Origin: Catajapyx aquilonaris
Lineage: Eukaryota
DNA length: 64,000 nucleotides
Assembly: GCA_000934665.2 (NCBI GenBank)
Contig: JYFJ02001435.1
Location: forward strand, 1 to 64,000
Reading direction: 5' to 3'
The position numbers were made by a program, and so were the translations under genes. The notes under the pieces are model-generated. The model saw only the letters and a program-made list of their open reading frames with translations, was not told where the DNA came from and ran no database searches. Below are positions 1 to 17,100 of the stretch, piece after piece (position 1 is the first letter of the stretch; the number at the start of each line of letters is the position of its first letter).

Positions 1-131
1 CTTTTACACATCCAATCAGAATATCCGTGTCGACTGTACGCTATAAGACAAGCAGGTAATCTATCACAGATATGTACCCCTATCTTTACCAGCACCCCAA
101 CATACCCGGGCAACGCCGGGTAACCTGCTAG
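1..131 (+). mobile_element. 3' end of a Helitron-like element (5' part outside the window)
   Basis: GC-rich hairpin TACCCGG-gcaacg-CCGGGTA (103-122) followed a few bases later by CTAG (128-131) and a T, the standard Helitron 3' terminus layout. Confidence 0.6.
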
Positions 132-576
132 TTATTATTATTTACGCTCGATAATTAGCACACCCCTGGTTTTAATTAGGGGTGCCCCCGACTCCTCCCC
201 TAAGGGACGAAATTTTGTGTGCTGTGGACAAAAACCTTCCTTTGGGTCCAGTGAACATTTTACCAAAGTGTCTTGCTTCTAAATCAATAGCAGTTTTTTT
301 TTTTTTTCTGTGTACCCCTGCTACTAGTAGGCCTACTTTCCAACCTGCAGTTTCACATCATCGCAGTGCCTGTGCAAAATAAGTTAATGTGAGAAATCCA
401 AAAATCATGAATCATATTGCCGTTATTGGTCAAAATTACTCGACTCACTTTGTGATATCAGTACTGCTTGATGCAAGTTCTGACATATCTACACATGCAA
501 CCAGGTGGGCATTCCCAGCGACTTCTTATCCTGCTGCTGATGCCAAAAATCTCCCCAAATACCTTGGCCCCTCTTA

Positions 577-703
577 GGGCCGGTTTCACCGAGCTCGGTA
601 TATAATAAAACCAGGTTTCTTTTAGGAAAACCCATACAAATATATAGGGATTTTCCAAAAGAACCCTGGTTTTATCATATACCGAGCTCGGTGAAACTGG
701 CCC
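577..703. mobile_element. Palindromic MITE, PIF/Harbinger (Tourist)-like
   Basis: Near-perfect inverted repeat over the whole 127 bp: GGGCCGGTTTCACCGAGCTCGGTATATAATAAAACCAGG... versus ...CCTGGTTTTATCATATACCGAGCTCGGTGAAACTGGCCC. GGGCC termini, flanked by TTA and GTA (imperfect TWA-type TSD). Confidence 0.7.
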
Positions 704-2853
704 GTATGAAAATGACAGAAGAACGGGAGGTACTCTGCAAGTAACAGTAACATATGAAGTTCAGACTCATGTGATGGTAGGTTTACAGTATGAAGTATCA
801 GAATAAAGGTGCTGTATTTTTTTTTGTCACGAAACAGGTCATGAAGTCATTAAATAAGGTTACAAAATACACACCAGATGCTCGTTCAAGTTGTAAAAGA
901 CTCCTCTTTGATGCACAATTTACAAAGACAACCAAATAACATACATTAAGCTCAAACAATTGTCAAAACCAGGATTCTTTCTGTGTTTTAAAATCCACAT
1001 CACTCAATCAAGTGTTGTTGGCCTTTTGGGCAAATGAGTTGATCCCTGAGCTTAATCACCAGCTGCAAGGAAAAGCTTCCTGATATCTCTAACATTGGCA
1101 TCACAAAGCAGTAATTCAACGACAATAAATATACCAGTACATTACATTATTGGCATGATAGGCTGTCATCAAAAGCAACTTTTGTGCTTGAACAGATAGG
1201 TACACTCATTCACAAAGGGTGTAAAAAAATTGCATAAATTATACACTGTACACAGCTCAATCACTCAAATGTACATGTACACATCTGTGCATAACAAACT
1301 AAAATTATAGCAGACAAGAGCACTATGCAACGTAACACAACTTGAAACATTCAATCTAATTAATATGGCAGTCAAATTTTCTTACGCCTTAAGGTAATAT
1401 CAGCACAAATATTGCTGCTAATCTACCACTTTGCCTTAGCACAGCAGATGCCTTGGAGTGGGCACGTGTGGAGGGAACTTGCCCACCACCTAATGTCCCC
1501 AAAAGAGTACAATAGTTCCTTAACGCAAGTTGCAATTCAAGTGTACTGTGAACACAGACAAAAGAAAGAAAAATACAAATCATGAATATGACTTCCTGCC
1601 AGCTGAAGTGACTGCTAGTTTGACTGTAGAGCTAGGAGTTGCTTAAACAAACCCACTTGCGTAATAAAATAGACTTGCCCCTCCATACCAACACTAGTTT
1701 CTAAAATCAAGGTACTGCAGTGAAACTTGGTTCAGTATTACTACGACATTATGTGGATCCATATTGCAAACTAATAGCTTATGGGCTGCACCTTACAATG
1801 ACAAATATCACTGAGGCATTTTTACCATTTTTTTCTCACTCTTGTCAATATTATGCATTATGTAACCTGCATAAAACAAGAACCATTACACTTGAATTGA
1901 TCAAGTATAAAATTAATTCACAAGGACTTTTTGTAAGCTAATCAGATGATAACTAGAGTCTGGTCAAGAATATTATATTGGCAACCATCATGAGTGATAC
2001 TTTCATAATTTTCAAGTACCTCTGACGGGAACATGGATTTTCTCCAACTTAATTACTCCACTTGGCCCGTAAGTTTTGGTTGCTAATGCAGTATGCAATT
2101 GTTCACATTGAAGGCAGTGGCATTAGCTATAACTGCCACCACTAACATGGGTAGCCACTAGCCAATATCTGAATTGTGTTCACACAGAAATAAATTCACA
2201 GGAATCTGGCCACAGAGTCTAATATAATTATTAAATCTTTGTCACTTGTCCAAATGGTAATGGTATAAGCAGAAAATTCAACACGTAGTTTGAAAAACAT
2301 TCCAAGCTCCCAAATTTTCAGCTACATTTTCAATCTACCCCACTTCACGAATGAGGTGTGTGCATGTACTCAGCAATGGACTTAGCATATCTCCCAGTTG
2401 GGACATTGAATTGATTCCATGGCACAATAATGGACCTTGGGACAAAAAACAAAGAAATGATAATAAGTACAACTAAATGGGGCCATATTGGCCATACTGC
2501 AGGCATACAAATTTACAATTACTGTAAATGTGTGACTTTGAATGTCATGTTCTTGCAAGTGTCCAACCTGGTTGGTGTCAGGTTTTCAGGAAGATTCTGG
2601 AGATTTAGTGGCCATGTGAACATACCTTCTGCTTACAAAAAGGTCCTTGTGAGATTAACAAGTTCATGTCTTTTGTCACAAACAGACTATTGGGAATTCA
2701 TGTATTCCAAACTAAAATACTGCATTAAAACAATAAAATGCTTCCATAATAATTGTAAAAAAGTGTCATGATAAGAAATTCCTGCATTTTGCAAAGGACC
2801 AAATTTCACTGCAAATGTAATGGATTGTTGCCCAGCCTCCCTCGAAACGTCAG

Positions 2854-5503
<2,650 letters not shown>

Positions 5504-6240
5504 TCAAGGGGTGGGGGGAGGTGAGATCTGCCTCAGCTGCGACTACTCTGCCTCCCTACCCCATCCATCTGCATCACACCTACAAAAAGACACACTCGTT
5601 ATGTAAGGTCCACCTTTTTTTGTGTGTGTGCATGTGCACAGCCTCCCTTGGTATTTGCACCCAGTTCCGTCCAGGGGTAAACCTACCTGCTGAGTGGGTC
5701 TGGCTGCGTGTAGATAAGTCAACGAGGTAGGCAGTGGTGTGCCTACGAGTTCAATCGGTCCTAGGAGGAGTAGGCTGCGGGAGTGCGATGAAGGACATGA
5801 TCGCGCTCAACAGCTGATTACCAAACACAAAAGGCGGCTGCCAACTGCGCACCTCTCGAGTCCAACTGGTCTCCTCGGGCAGGGTGCGGCACCTCCTTCC
5901 CCAGATACGTGCACCGGACCTTAGCCCCTCGTCTCAGCCTGCATGCAACCCCTTGAGGCCTGCACAACAGCTCTCTCTCACACACACACACACGCCTGGA
6001 TATGACCAGCGAAAAAAGCACTGCACAGAGAGTGATTCACAAAGAATGATCACGTTGGCCAGCCTGACAAGGGACTTGCGTCACAAGCACGCACGACAAC
6101 TATCGTCTTCAGATATCAATATTATCGGATTTTTTTCCTCTCTCTACCTGCTTCCTGCTCCTCCGCCACCCACACCAACTAATTCATTTGTCGCCGAATA
6201 ATTTTTTTAGCACGTGCTTACTTCCACTTCAGCCAAGGTT

Positions 6241-6294
6241 TAAGCACATTTAAGCACATAAAGCACATTTGTCCGTAACTGCAGAATATCGATA
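6241..6294. promoter_or_regulatory. Putative bidirectional housekeeping promoter with DRE (TATCGATA)
   Basis: Lies between the divergent MOSPD1 and PDCL3 starts. TATCGATA at 6287-6294 and three tandem AAGCACAT copies at 6241-6270. Confidence 0.5.
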
Positions 6295-6620
6295 TATCGT
6301 AGTAGGGCAGAGATGATGTTATGATGAGAATAGGCTTGTGTCCTTTCATGTTTATTCCGGTAGTGCCGCTGCTTGCCTGGCAAATCTGGCAAACAGCGGC
6401 CGTTTAGTGGCGCTCATGACGGGTTGTGGCGCCAACTACAATCTCCGCTAGTCTCATGTTCGTAGCATGGGTCGTAGGTGGTCGTAGGTGGCTCTCGTCC
6501 TTTTAGGCTTTTAATAGAAGCACGCTGCCTCGTGCGTTGTTTCTGGGCCACGTAGAGAGGACCACGACGACAGGCATCGCTTCGTAAGAGGGGGGACACG
6601 TGACAGAACAGCCACGCAGC

Positions 6621-8003
6621 ATGCAGGTCAGTAGCCTCTCTCTGATGCAATGGTGACAGTGTAATCTCTCGATGATGGAAGTAAACATAAACATTGCACT
6701 TTTGTGAATGCGTCGAGTGTGGGCAAACTATCGTTGCTATACTCAAGAGATGAATCATGGGGATGAGATCAGCTTGCATGAAATGATGTATTTGAACTGA
6801 CCTAGTCCACTAATACTGTTGCCATTTGCCAGACTACACGTAAAGGTTTTAACTTTTATTTATTGACACTGTCATGCATGCTTATAATTGACTGCATTTG
6901 TTTCAGTTACATGATTAATACCAGTACTATCTTTTTAATAGAACCCAGATGAAGACACTGATTGGAATGCCGCCTTGCGTGCAAAGGGAATCCTGCCGCA
7001 GAAGCCCAAAGAGAAGGAAATAACAGAGGAGGAAATTGTGGACCTGGTTGAGAAGACATTGCAAGACAAACAATCAAATGGTAATTAGCCGAAAAATTTC
7101 CTCTGACACTTCTCGTACCCTTAAAATTATGCTCGGCCAAATCCCATCTACCTGCAGCACATTTCAGACTGCCACACTGATGTCAACTTTCCCTACTCCT
7201 TGCAGCATAAATCTAGTGTAAAACTTGGTATATCACCTACATGCCTTAGGATAATATTATTGTAAACTCTCCTTTTTTTTCTTTTTTTTTAGAAAAGAAG
7301 TTGGAATCACTAACACTGGATGAACTGGATGATCTTGAAGATGAAGAGGATGAACGTGTTTTACTGGAATACAGAAACAAGCGAATAGCTGAAATGAAGG
7401 CAGAGATGGAGAAGGGAAAGTTTGGGGATGTCAGGGAAATAAGTGCACAGGACTATGTGCAGGAAGTTAATAAAGCTGGGGAAGGAATCTGGGTTGTTCT
7501 TCATCTTTACAAGCAAGGGTAAGTAGCACAGCTTGTGATTGTTATTTGTATTTCAATCAACATCTCTTCCAGAATACCCCTGTGCACTTTGCTGAATCAG
7601 TACTTGGACCACCTAGCCCGGAAATTTCCAGCAACGAAATTCCTTCGCTCAGTTTCCAGTGTTTGCATACCTAACTATCCAGATAAGAATCTCCCCACCA
7701 TGTTTGTTTACTTTGAGTCAGAGATGAAATCACAGCTAGTAGGACCACATGAATTTAGAGGCATGAATTTGAAAATAGAAGGTATGAATGGGCTGTGGCA
7801 TTCATTGAGGCATAATTAAAGAGTCATTTAATGCTGATTAACTTTACTTTGCAGAGTTGGAATGGATTCTGGCCCAGACAGGTGCATTCAAGACTACATT
7901 GGAAGATGATCCCCGACCCAAAGTTAAGGACGTAATGTTTGCAAAACTTAGAGGTGGTGCTGCTGATGATGTTGATGATGGTGGTGATGAAAATGATTGG
8001 TAA
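6621..8003 (+). CDS. PDCL3: Phosducin-like protein 3 / viral IAP-associated factor homolog, about 242 aa
   Basis: Exons 6621-6626 (MQ), 6942-7080, 7293-7518, 7573-7781, 7855-8003. Protein reads [23 protein letters not shown]...[28 protein letters not shown]...KFGDVREIS...[14 protein letters not shown]...KFPATKF...[12 protein letters not shown]...[11 protein letters not shown]...[15 protein letters not shown] at 8784 and 8811. Confidence 0.93.
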
Positions 8004-9400
8004 CTTTTTCACTGCAAATATTACTGCTAGCCCAACATCTGATAACATCACATTTCAACAGTGAAGTCTATTGAGTCTGTCGATTTCTGCCTTGAGGCGT
8101 GTGAAGTCCACTTTCCGTTTGGGAGGACTGGGGTTTGAATCCTGGGGCTGGCCATCCTGTCTTGGGGGCTTTTTCTATATTTTCCCAGTCACTTCCAGGA
8201 TAAATTTTGGGATGATTTACTTTCCAAGATGGCCATGGCCACTTCGTTCCACCCACGTTTTTTTCCTTTACAGTGCCATGCAATTTGTGCTCAATTATTT
8301 TCCTGCATGTTGCTTGGCCATGATTGCATGGTTCAGCAAAGAAAGGCTCTTAAGATCCATATTGCCGATTCCCTTTAAACCAACCAACCCAAACTAGGCT
8401 TACTTTCATTCTCTTTCCTGCCATCAGAGCAGAAATGGATGGACCGTGTGTGTGTGTATAATCATTGCTGAGAAGGTGTATTGAGGCTGCAGATCATTTG
8501 GCCAACCGTAATGAATGATAAATTTGAACTGATTGCATTGAGATGGTATGAGCAGGATACTTTTTTGCTCAAGCATTAATGTTGATTGGTCATAGTCTAT
8601 AGCCTTATAAATTGTTGAACCAATTTTGGAAACTTTTCTATCCTAATGTCATGTGCTTTTGCTGTGAAAGGTGTTTTTACAGAAGTTTTCCTCCAAAATT
8701 GTGACAATCAAGTTACAATATATTGGCCACACCCTTTTGATTTAATAATGTATATTTTTACTAATCTTTTGTGTATGAATTATAATAAATGTTTAAGTTA
8801 TTTATATTTTAATAAAGGATTGTTCAGAACCACAGGTTTTGTAGTCGTAATTGACTGAGATGAACAGAAAATATCATTATGATGGAGAAGCAGTGACGTG
8901 AATATTCTGTGCACTTGAGAATGTAGCTCACATTTCTATAAGTTGAAATGTTGTGGATTCTCCTGCATCATGGTAGTGCCTGCCCAATTTAACTCCCATG
9001 CAACTGCCCTCTTTCCCGCCATTCCTTCCCTCATCAGGGTGCCAGACAGGACTTATGGGCATGCTCAGCATTTCTGCTTATACAGATGTTGGCCAAGTTC
9101 TTAAACTTGCACAATGTATAGGATTTCTTGTAGAATTTTCTCACCGAAGAAAAATTGTTCATGTTTTTAGCAAATCAAGGGTGAGTTGCTGCATTTGCGT
9201 CGTGTGTGTAAGTGTGACTGACACTACCTACTGCTGGCAAGTTGTGAATAAGAATTTTGTGGCACAGAGTAATTATGTCAAGCATGCATGACACACAGGT
9301 TACCTGACAATTGCAAGTCTATTGTAGTTGCTGATACAGCCATTATTCCATGCAAAATTCTGGAGTTCAACGAGAGTGTGATGAGTTCAAATTTGGACCT

Positions 9401-9657
9401 CATAATTGAACCAGTTGTTTCGAAAAGGACTTAGTCCAGATGGACGTACCATATTGATTTACAGTTATGTTTCCACAAATACAGTGCCCTCACAGGTCAG
9501 CGGATAGGCATATGTTATCGATATAATCATATCCATAATGTGTGCCTATCTGCTGACCTATAAGGGCCTTGTCTTTGTGGCAAAAAGACAAATTGTAAAT
9601 CAATATGGTACGGCCCTCTGGACTTCAGTCCTTTTTGAAACAACTGATTCAATTATG
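9401..9657. mobile_element. 257-bp fold-back (palindromic) element, probable non-autonomous DNA transposon
   Basis: CATAATTGAACCAGTTGTTTCGAAAAGGACT...CGTACCATATTGATTTACA matches the reverse complement of TGTAAATCAATATGGTACG...AGTCCTTTTTGAAACAACTGATTCAATTATG, and pairing continues inward (GGTCAGCGGATAGGCA / TGCCTATCTGCTGACC). Confidence 0.7.
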
Positions 9658-10473
9658 TGTCCTCCCTCCAAGTACTTACAAATAGGTCATCACATGGCAA
9701 GGGTTTGGATGCAGTAGTGCTTATTCAAAAACTCACCAAGTCCTTGACACTGACAATGAGTAGAGATGTCATTGCCAGCAGCCAATCACAATTAGTGTGT
9801 TTCTGCACATGTATGGAGGACATGGGAAAGAGAGCTCCCGATGCAGCTGGGACAGGAGGCTGGCTTGAGTAGCCAGATGGCTGGGGATGTGGGATTTGTT
9901 CAGGCATGGTGAACTGTTGAAAGGCAGCAGACCTGGGTTAAGCCAAGCCCTTGGCCTTGGGTCATTCTTGATTTGTGTATATATTCAAAAAGCAAAGAAT
10001 CACTGATATGAAGTTTTTACTTGTTGGGAAATCCAGTTGTGTTTCTTGTTTGGATACCCAGTAACAATATGTCTCACCAAGTAACGTGAAGAGATAGACT
10101 AAGGGATGTGTCTTTGGGATGTGTAGAAGACAGAAGGATGAAACTGTGGGTGGAAAGGTCAAGGTCTTTTCACTTGCTAATGCGTACATAAAAGCCTTAA
10201 ACATGCACTATCATATATTACATGCAAGATAATGCTAGGGTTTTTAAATGGCGTAAAAGTAAAAATAATATATTAATAATCCTCATATGATGTGCGCTGG
10301 TACCACAAAAGGAACGAAAGTGCCGAAAATAATAAAATAGATTACGAAAGAGTGCAAATTATTTTATTGCTGCATAACATGTTTGAACGTAATTATTGGC
10401 TTAATTACGAAGTTTAGTGAATATTAAATTGTAGGCCTATTTCCGTCACTGCGTTTACAGTTACTCTACCGGG

Positions 10474-10549
10474 AATATCCTGCGGATCCTGCGTGAGCAC
10501 TACCCGTCTAGCAAGGCTGCTTGGCGGGTGATACGCCCTGCAGGATATT
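10474..10549. repeat. Degenerate inverted repeat (possible old MITE)
   Basis: AATATCCTGC...GCAGGATATT outer arms plus an inner ACCCGTCTAGCA / TGCTTGGCGGGT stem. Confidence 0.4.
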
Positions 10550-11796
10550 TTCTACCAGAAAAAAGTGAATTGCCGCCCCATGCCCTAATTACGTATTTAG
10601 CATCAATATATTTAAAAATAATTATACAGTATAAGCCTATATTATGTAGAGTATTTTGTTCTTAGAATAGGTTAACGTAGTGCTAAGGAATTAATCATAC
10701 CTGAAAAGTGTGGAAATTACTCATCACCGTCCTCACCACCCTGTAAACAGGCAGGCCAATGACTTGACCATTAGGACACATACACTTCCTATATGAAAAT
10801 ACCAAACGCAACGACTTCGGATATTACCCGTTCTGTGCAAAGGAAAAACGCCACCTTTTCAGTACAAAGATCTTTCCACTCTACTTGCTAAATTCCTATC
10901 TTGCAATTTACATGCCGGTCTATTATCTCTCTTTATTAAGCATTGCGATTTTACTGATACCTTTCCATTCAATTGAAAAAATACATAAAAAATAGTAGCC
11001 TAGTAGCCTACTATTCATTAACTTGTAGGCTACTCTTCATAGCACCATATTGTGACGCCTTGTCATGACGCGGACAGTGCTCACGTCTTTGTTCTCCAAC
11101 AACAACCCCTCCACCATATACACTAACTGCCATTTCCAGTCGGTTTCTTTTTGTTAATTATGAAAGATACTTGAATTACTTCAAGACACTGTGGAAGAGG
11201 GTGCATAATTGGCCCAATGACTAGGGGCGCCTGGTGGTCGGCCTGCCAGAAGACAAGTCCCGTAGACTACCGATTGGCAAAAGGAATATGCGACCTGCCC
11301 TGTCAAAATAAGTGAGTGGCCACTGCCCTTATAAATTGGCCCACCCTCTCCCCCTCCTGGCCTTCAAAGGCCACCGATATGGCTGTGACCTCCACCATCC
11401 AGCCAGAAGCAACCCACGCAACAGCGCATGCAGTGTGTGTATGTCCGCACAGCTGAACTTCCTCCACTTCCCGTTTATGGTTGATCAAGCAGGCTCCTCC
11501 ATCGCATTTAATCTGACCGGCTCCCGGTCGTCTGCTAATGATGTCCATTTGCTCAGAGGAAGCGGAAAGGACTGATAGAGTCAGGCCCCTGTGGTTTCCC
11601 CCCCAGCCCAACCACCCATCCTTACGATTCCCACCCTGCAGACCACATGTGAACCTCACGCACTCACTCACTCACTCACTCGTTTCAGTAGACGAAAGGA
11701 GATACATTTCGCCATGGGGTTGAACAAGAGGTAATTCACACCGATATGGTCCGTGGATGTAGTGCTGCTGATGGGGCCTGTGTCAGTGGCAAGAGG

Positions 11797-14199
11797 ATGG
11801 TGTTCTTCGGTCGTGCTCTTCTGGTGTTGGTGATGGTGATGGTGCTAGTGGTTGCAAGGACGCCGATGGCTTTCCCAGTGGTTGGCAGGGAAGGGACTTG
11901 TCCAGTGGTCAAGCCAAGGCAGTCCTTCGATGTTTTTGCGGTAAGCTGGAAGCAGTGGAGCTTAGATAATTCGACGAGATCTGAATGAACCAGAGAAGAT
12001 TGTTGTGTCTTTGTTACTGGTGTAAAACAATACCATGTGGCTCAATACACAGTACCGTATTATTGTCACCCTTACACAAAACGCTGTATAAACAAGAAAG
12101 CTGTTTAGACATTGCAAATAAGCAAATGAGAGCAGTGGAATTTATGAATACTTGGAGCCCTGTGAAAAATCCACTGACAAATGAATCCAAGTAATATTGC
12201 GTGTACTCCTGTATTACTTGGAACGGTGTCATAATCTTCGCAATGTGTGATATGACACTGAGTTTTAACAAATAGTTCCAGGATAGTTGTAAAAAAATAT
12301 ATCCCGCTCTGTATGTTTAAAAGTTTCATTCAGTTAAGTGTTTAGTAAAATAGGAAGTAAGCTTATTGGTTTTCTACGTGTGTGACGTCGTTTCTTTAGA
12401 CGTGAATTTTACACAATATGGGATTTGTCATTTCCGTTGATTATACAGGCATACTCGTACTTGCATTAAAATTACGAGCCTCTAGAATCACTCAGGAAAA
12501 CTGCATTTTTAATTTCATACTATACCACAACATGTGTGGTATGTTTATTGCGCCGAGCATTTTTAATTTTAGCTTGTGTACGTATATGGATGCAGCTTAA
12601 TGTGTTTGACCTTACTTTAGTCTGACGCTTAAATAAAAATAGCCAGGACAATTTGGGTAAAGAAACAACTTGGTGCTGTTTTGGTGGAATGGATTCGCAT
12701 TTTTTTTCTCGAATTATGGCAATATGACTGTCATAAATGCACGCAGCAGGTTCTTACATGGCAAGTGCAAATGCAAACAAAAACCTGATCAGTGCCACAT
12801 TATGGTCGAAAATTAGTTTGGCATTGTGTATAGTGTAGTGTAGTGTCTAGTGGTCAAGTCAGTTTTCCGATAAATCAACAATAATTATTACATTCGCCTT
12901 ACGGAAAGATTTGAAAATAAATTGTCCGACAAGGAGTAACTCAAAGTTCAAACCCTCTTACAGTGACTCAAAATCAGTCAAATGTGACTGATCGTTCTGC
13001 ATTTCAGGTCTTACAACAAACTGCAAAAAAAACTTTTCTCATTATATCTTTACTGCACACTGCACAGTACTTTTTCTAGCATCATGTTTTTATATGGCTT
13101 GTCTGAGGCCCTTGAAGTTTAAATTCACACGATTCCTTTTCTGTCATTGGGGCAACACCCATTAAATTATTCTTACCCTGCCAAAAAAACAAGAAAGAGT
13201 GGGTGATGACTGGCCTTCCGCCTGAGTATTGCCTAATCGTGCTTCCTTATGTAAAGGATGTGGTTCCCACATGGGATAAACAATCAGACGTAGGAAAACA
13301 TCCTGTGACAAAACTATCAGTCCATTCGTTCTAGAACCATCCTTCACATCTCCTTCCGCACTTTCCGTTCTCCCACTGACCGCTATCTCTGTCCGATATT
13401 TAATTAAGATAACCCTGAAGACATATCGTCTCTCTTGGCAGATCCTGGGCAAGTGGTACGTGCTGCAATATTACTCCAGCGAAGAAGAGTCCTTGACTTA
13501 CAATTGCATGAGGGCAGTTTTTCAACTATCGGCCAGTAGGATGGACATGTGGATGGACTTCACTTATGAATATGCGGATGACCCCGAATGCGAAAGGCTG
13601 ACGGGGAATATCACCTGGCAGATTCCTAATCCGATGCAGCCTGCTCATTGGGTACACGCTGAGGATCATTGTGAGCCCCTACCTTATTTCACTGCTACAT
13701 TCTGACACGAGAGCAGTTTAGCGCAATGGGGGTGTTTAATTGACAAAGTCCAGTGGGCGGTAATGTCTGGCACAGATTATGAGGTCAGCCATTATGACCC
13801 ACAGGGTAACTCAATCTCATAGCTTGCTTTAAATTACTGACCTTTCTCCAGGCGGATCCCGCCCACAAACAATGCAAATATTTGTGACCGCACCTTTCAT
13901 AAACATCAGCATTAATATTTATTAATATTCCAGATGAAGGCGTGTACAACACGTACGTATTGGATTCAGATGATGGGTGGGCTCTGCTCTTGCACTGCGC
14001 TGAGAAGGTGGGCTCTCCCAAGTACCTGTCTAGTTTCGTCATGAGCAGGAAGCCTGAGCTGGACCAGAAGGTGGTGGACTACCTGAGGGAAAAGCTGCCC
14101 AAGTATGACATCGACTTAGAGTACATGTTTCCAGTGAGGCAAAGCAACTGCACGTGGAGGTCTCCTCCTGCTATTGTACTTCTCAAGGACGAGAACTGA
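11797..14199 (+). CDS. Secreted lipocalin, apolipoprotein D-like, about 212 aa
   Basis: Exons 11797-11940, 13442-13670, 13934-14199. Hydrophobic signal peptide, C-P-x-V...F-D, lipocalin G-K-W-Y motif, 'YNTYVLDSD...WALLLHC', 'FVMSR' and C-terminal 'QSNC'. AATAAA at 14238. An alternative in-frame ATG lies at 11746. Confidence 0.85.
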
Positions 14200-17100
14200 A
14201 ATAAGACTGCACCTATTTTACTATCATGATTATGTATAATAAACTGCTGATCGGCATTCATTCCTTAAACAAATCTTGTCGTTTGCAATTTTGTGATGAA
14301 TTTGGCAATGCTGCTTAAGAACGGTTATGGAAATGCATTTTTCTAATCTACATCATCGTCAGCATGTGTGCAAAGAAAAATTCTGCAATTAAGCATGTTA
14401 TGATTAGGTGGATGAGCGGAAATATTTAAAAGAAACACCATAAAAGTCGCACAATTACATGGCCATGAGATATGCAATGTGCAGCGATAACAAATGAATT
14501 TTCTTTGCTCATGAAAACTTATCATTATACAGTTCGTTCAGTAATTTAACTTATCTCGGAGTTAGTATTACTCGAGTGCCTCATAATAGACAACTAATCT
14601 TATTAAAGGAGCGATTATATCATTCGGCACCGAGTAAGGTTTACTTCCCATGATATTTGGGTTGATATCTATCTAGGTGGGTTACCGTCACTTTGTAGTA
14701 TAACGTGCCTCAGAGAAACTGAACTTGAGTATTGTTCGTGGTTGTTTTCCACATGATGCGCATAAGTCATGCCGTAAGAGTGAGATAAGGTCCATGATGT
14801 CGTGTTCCTTCCATAATATGGCTGGACGATGTGTTCACTGAGACGGCTCAGAATTTCAAATGGTTCGTTACAGTCTTGCTTATGAAATCAGCCTGCCCTT
14901 GCCTTACTAGCCCACAATCAGAGAGGCTTCTGGTAATGGCGGTGAAAGGTACCGTAACGTATCCAGATAACATGGGGGCCTAGGGCGCCCCAGCGTTTAA
15001 GGTCAGTACACCTCATCAATGCTTTCGGATCACATGCTATCAACACCTTGTTGCAAAGAACACCCATTTCTTTTAAGGTAATGGCCCGGCAAAGCGTAAA
15101 ACTGACTCGTTAACGTGCCTCATTAAGAGTAACGTTACCCCCTGCTATGTTACAGTTTATGCCTGTTTCATTCAATGACTTTTCAGGAATGCAATATCAT
15201 AATCGCTTATGTGTAAAAGAACATGCTCACTTAGTAGGTAGGTATTTGGCAGGTAAGATTAAAAGAGAAACTGAACATTTTCGATCGTGTAGCCTACGAC
15301 AGTGAAGGAATTAAATAACAGGTAACATTACATAAAACTTGCCGTAGTGTAAAATACTGCACGTTGTAAAAACAGTAACTAATAAAACGCTGTGTTTTAG
15401 ACTAATTGGAAAACTTGGCTGGACATCAAGGGTATCCTATTGCGTCGGTGTTTGAAATGTTGCGGTAGGTTACACACCTCATTATAAACATATAAAACGT
15501 GTGCAAGACTTTATGAGCTCGTAATGACCACCGCTGTGAGAACTGCACCACTGCGATTATACCATATAGCGTTGCGTGCCATAAAAATGTACTCCGTATC
15601 GCCACAACCCCCAACAACAAGTACAGTGACAACTCCAATATGTCAAACTCACATCCCACACGATAGTCACTTTAGCGCCTCCTTCCGACTCATACATCTA
15701 AGGAATTCGTATACACACATGTACACGTACACACCACACGCTTCCTGCACCGAAGTGGGTCAGGTGATTCTATCTCTGGAGGGCAGAGTTAGCTAAGGAG
15801 AGGCTTCAACCCCCTCTGGACATTCCAGAAACGATTAGAACAATAATAAAAATCTTCCACACCCACCCGCCCACCAGTATCCCGTAGCATTCATCAGCAT
15901 CTCACCTGCATGAAAAAAATGGGTAGGAATATGAGGGGTGGGGAGGGGGGTAAGATTTGCGAGTTAGGAGAGAAGGTGGTTGCTTCCCGATGAACAAAAT
16001 GTATGAAATAAAAAAAGTGGTAACAAACTTGTCGTGGCCCTGACCCGGAATTCGAATGGCCGAGTGGGGGATGTGCCGTTAGCTGAGGTCGAGGAGGCTG
16101 GAACCGACCACGAGGAAGGTGCCGGCAGAGTTGCTTCGTTCGCCCGATGTACCCACCTACCTACCCACTGCCTTCTTGCTTGTTTCGTGGCGGATCCTGC
16201 TCGCTTACTTGCATCTTAGAGTTTTCGGATTCATTTCTCCCATTTCCCTTATTACTCCTGCCTGCCTGCCCTCAGGAATGCAGGCTCATTCTAGTTTTTT
16301 GGGGGGATCGCTTAATATGATGAATACACAATGAATGGGAGGAATTATGCAAGAATTTTGTCACAAATGGTGCCTACGCTGCTGAAAATATTTAATATGA
16401 ATAGGGAAATTAATAAACACAAATCGGATGGTGGTCTCAGGCAGCAGGGAAGAAATGAATGGTGGCTGTTAGTTTCGAAAAGCCGACACATACAGAAACA
16501 TAGTACTTTTCAGAAAGAGTGCTGATATTCGTGGTAGTTGCATGGAGAGCATTTTATTGATTCCTGGAATCACTGGTAGAATTCGGTTTATTGGTGAAAT
16601 GTAGGGTGTGTTGACTCCAGACCTTGTTGTATAACCTGGAAAAAATAAAACCAGGTTTACTTTCCTATACCATAATAACGTCAGTGAGGCAGACAATATT
16701 TTGATTTCAATGAATTCTACAAAGCATGAAAGAGAATGATTACTGTACCGTCCAATTGCTTCCCATTTTAAAACACGCATTGTTATCAAAATACGGTTGA
16801 GGTGACTTTGAATGCGAGACATAAAAGGTACTAAAAATGTGTCAACTTTCCCATTTCCAAATGAGAGGAAAAATGTCGGTTAATACTCCACAGCCTACTA
16901 ACTGTAAGAGCAAGGGAAATATTCATACCACACCAGACAAGAATCGAGTAAAGAGAACTCATACCTATCTGTCTGACTGAGAGCCATTATTATTCGCACG
17001 GATCCTGAGCTCCACATAATTTGCGGTTGAACGGAATGACGGAGACCTCCCTGTTGAGGTACACACAGAAAAATGGTTCCATCCGGAACTGTAATCCTTA

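Noticed and set aside
6321..6420. ATGATGA resembling a snoRNA box C
   Set aside because: No suitably placed box D with a terminal stem, and it lies in the promoter region.
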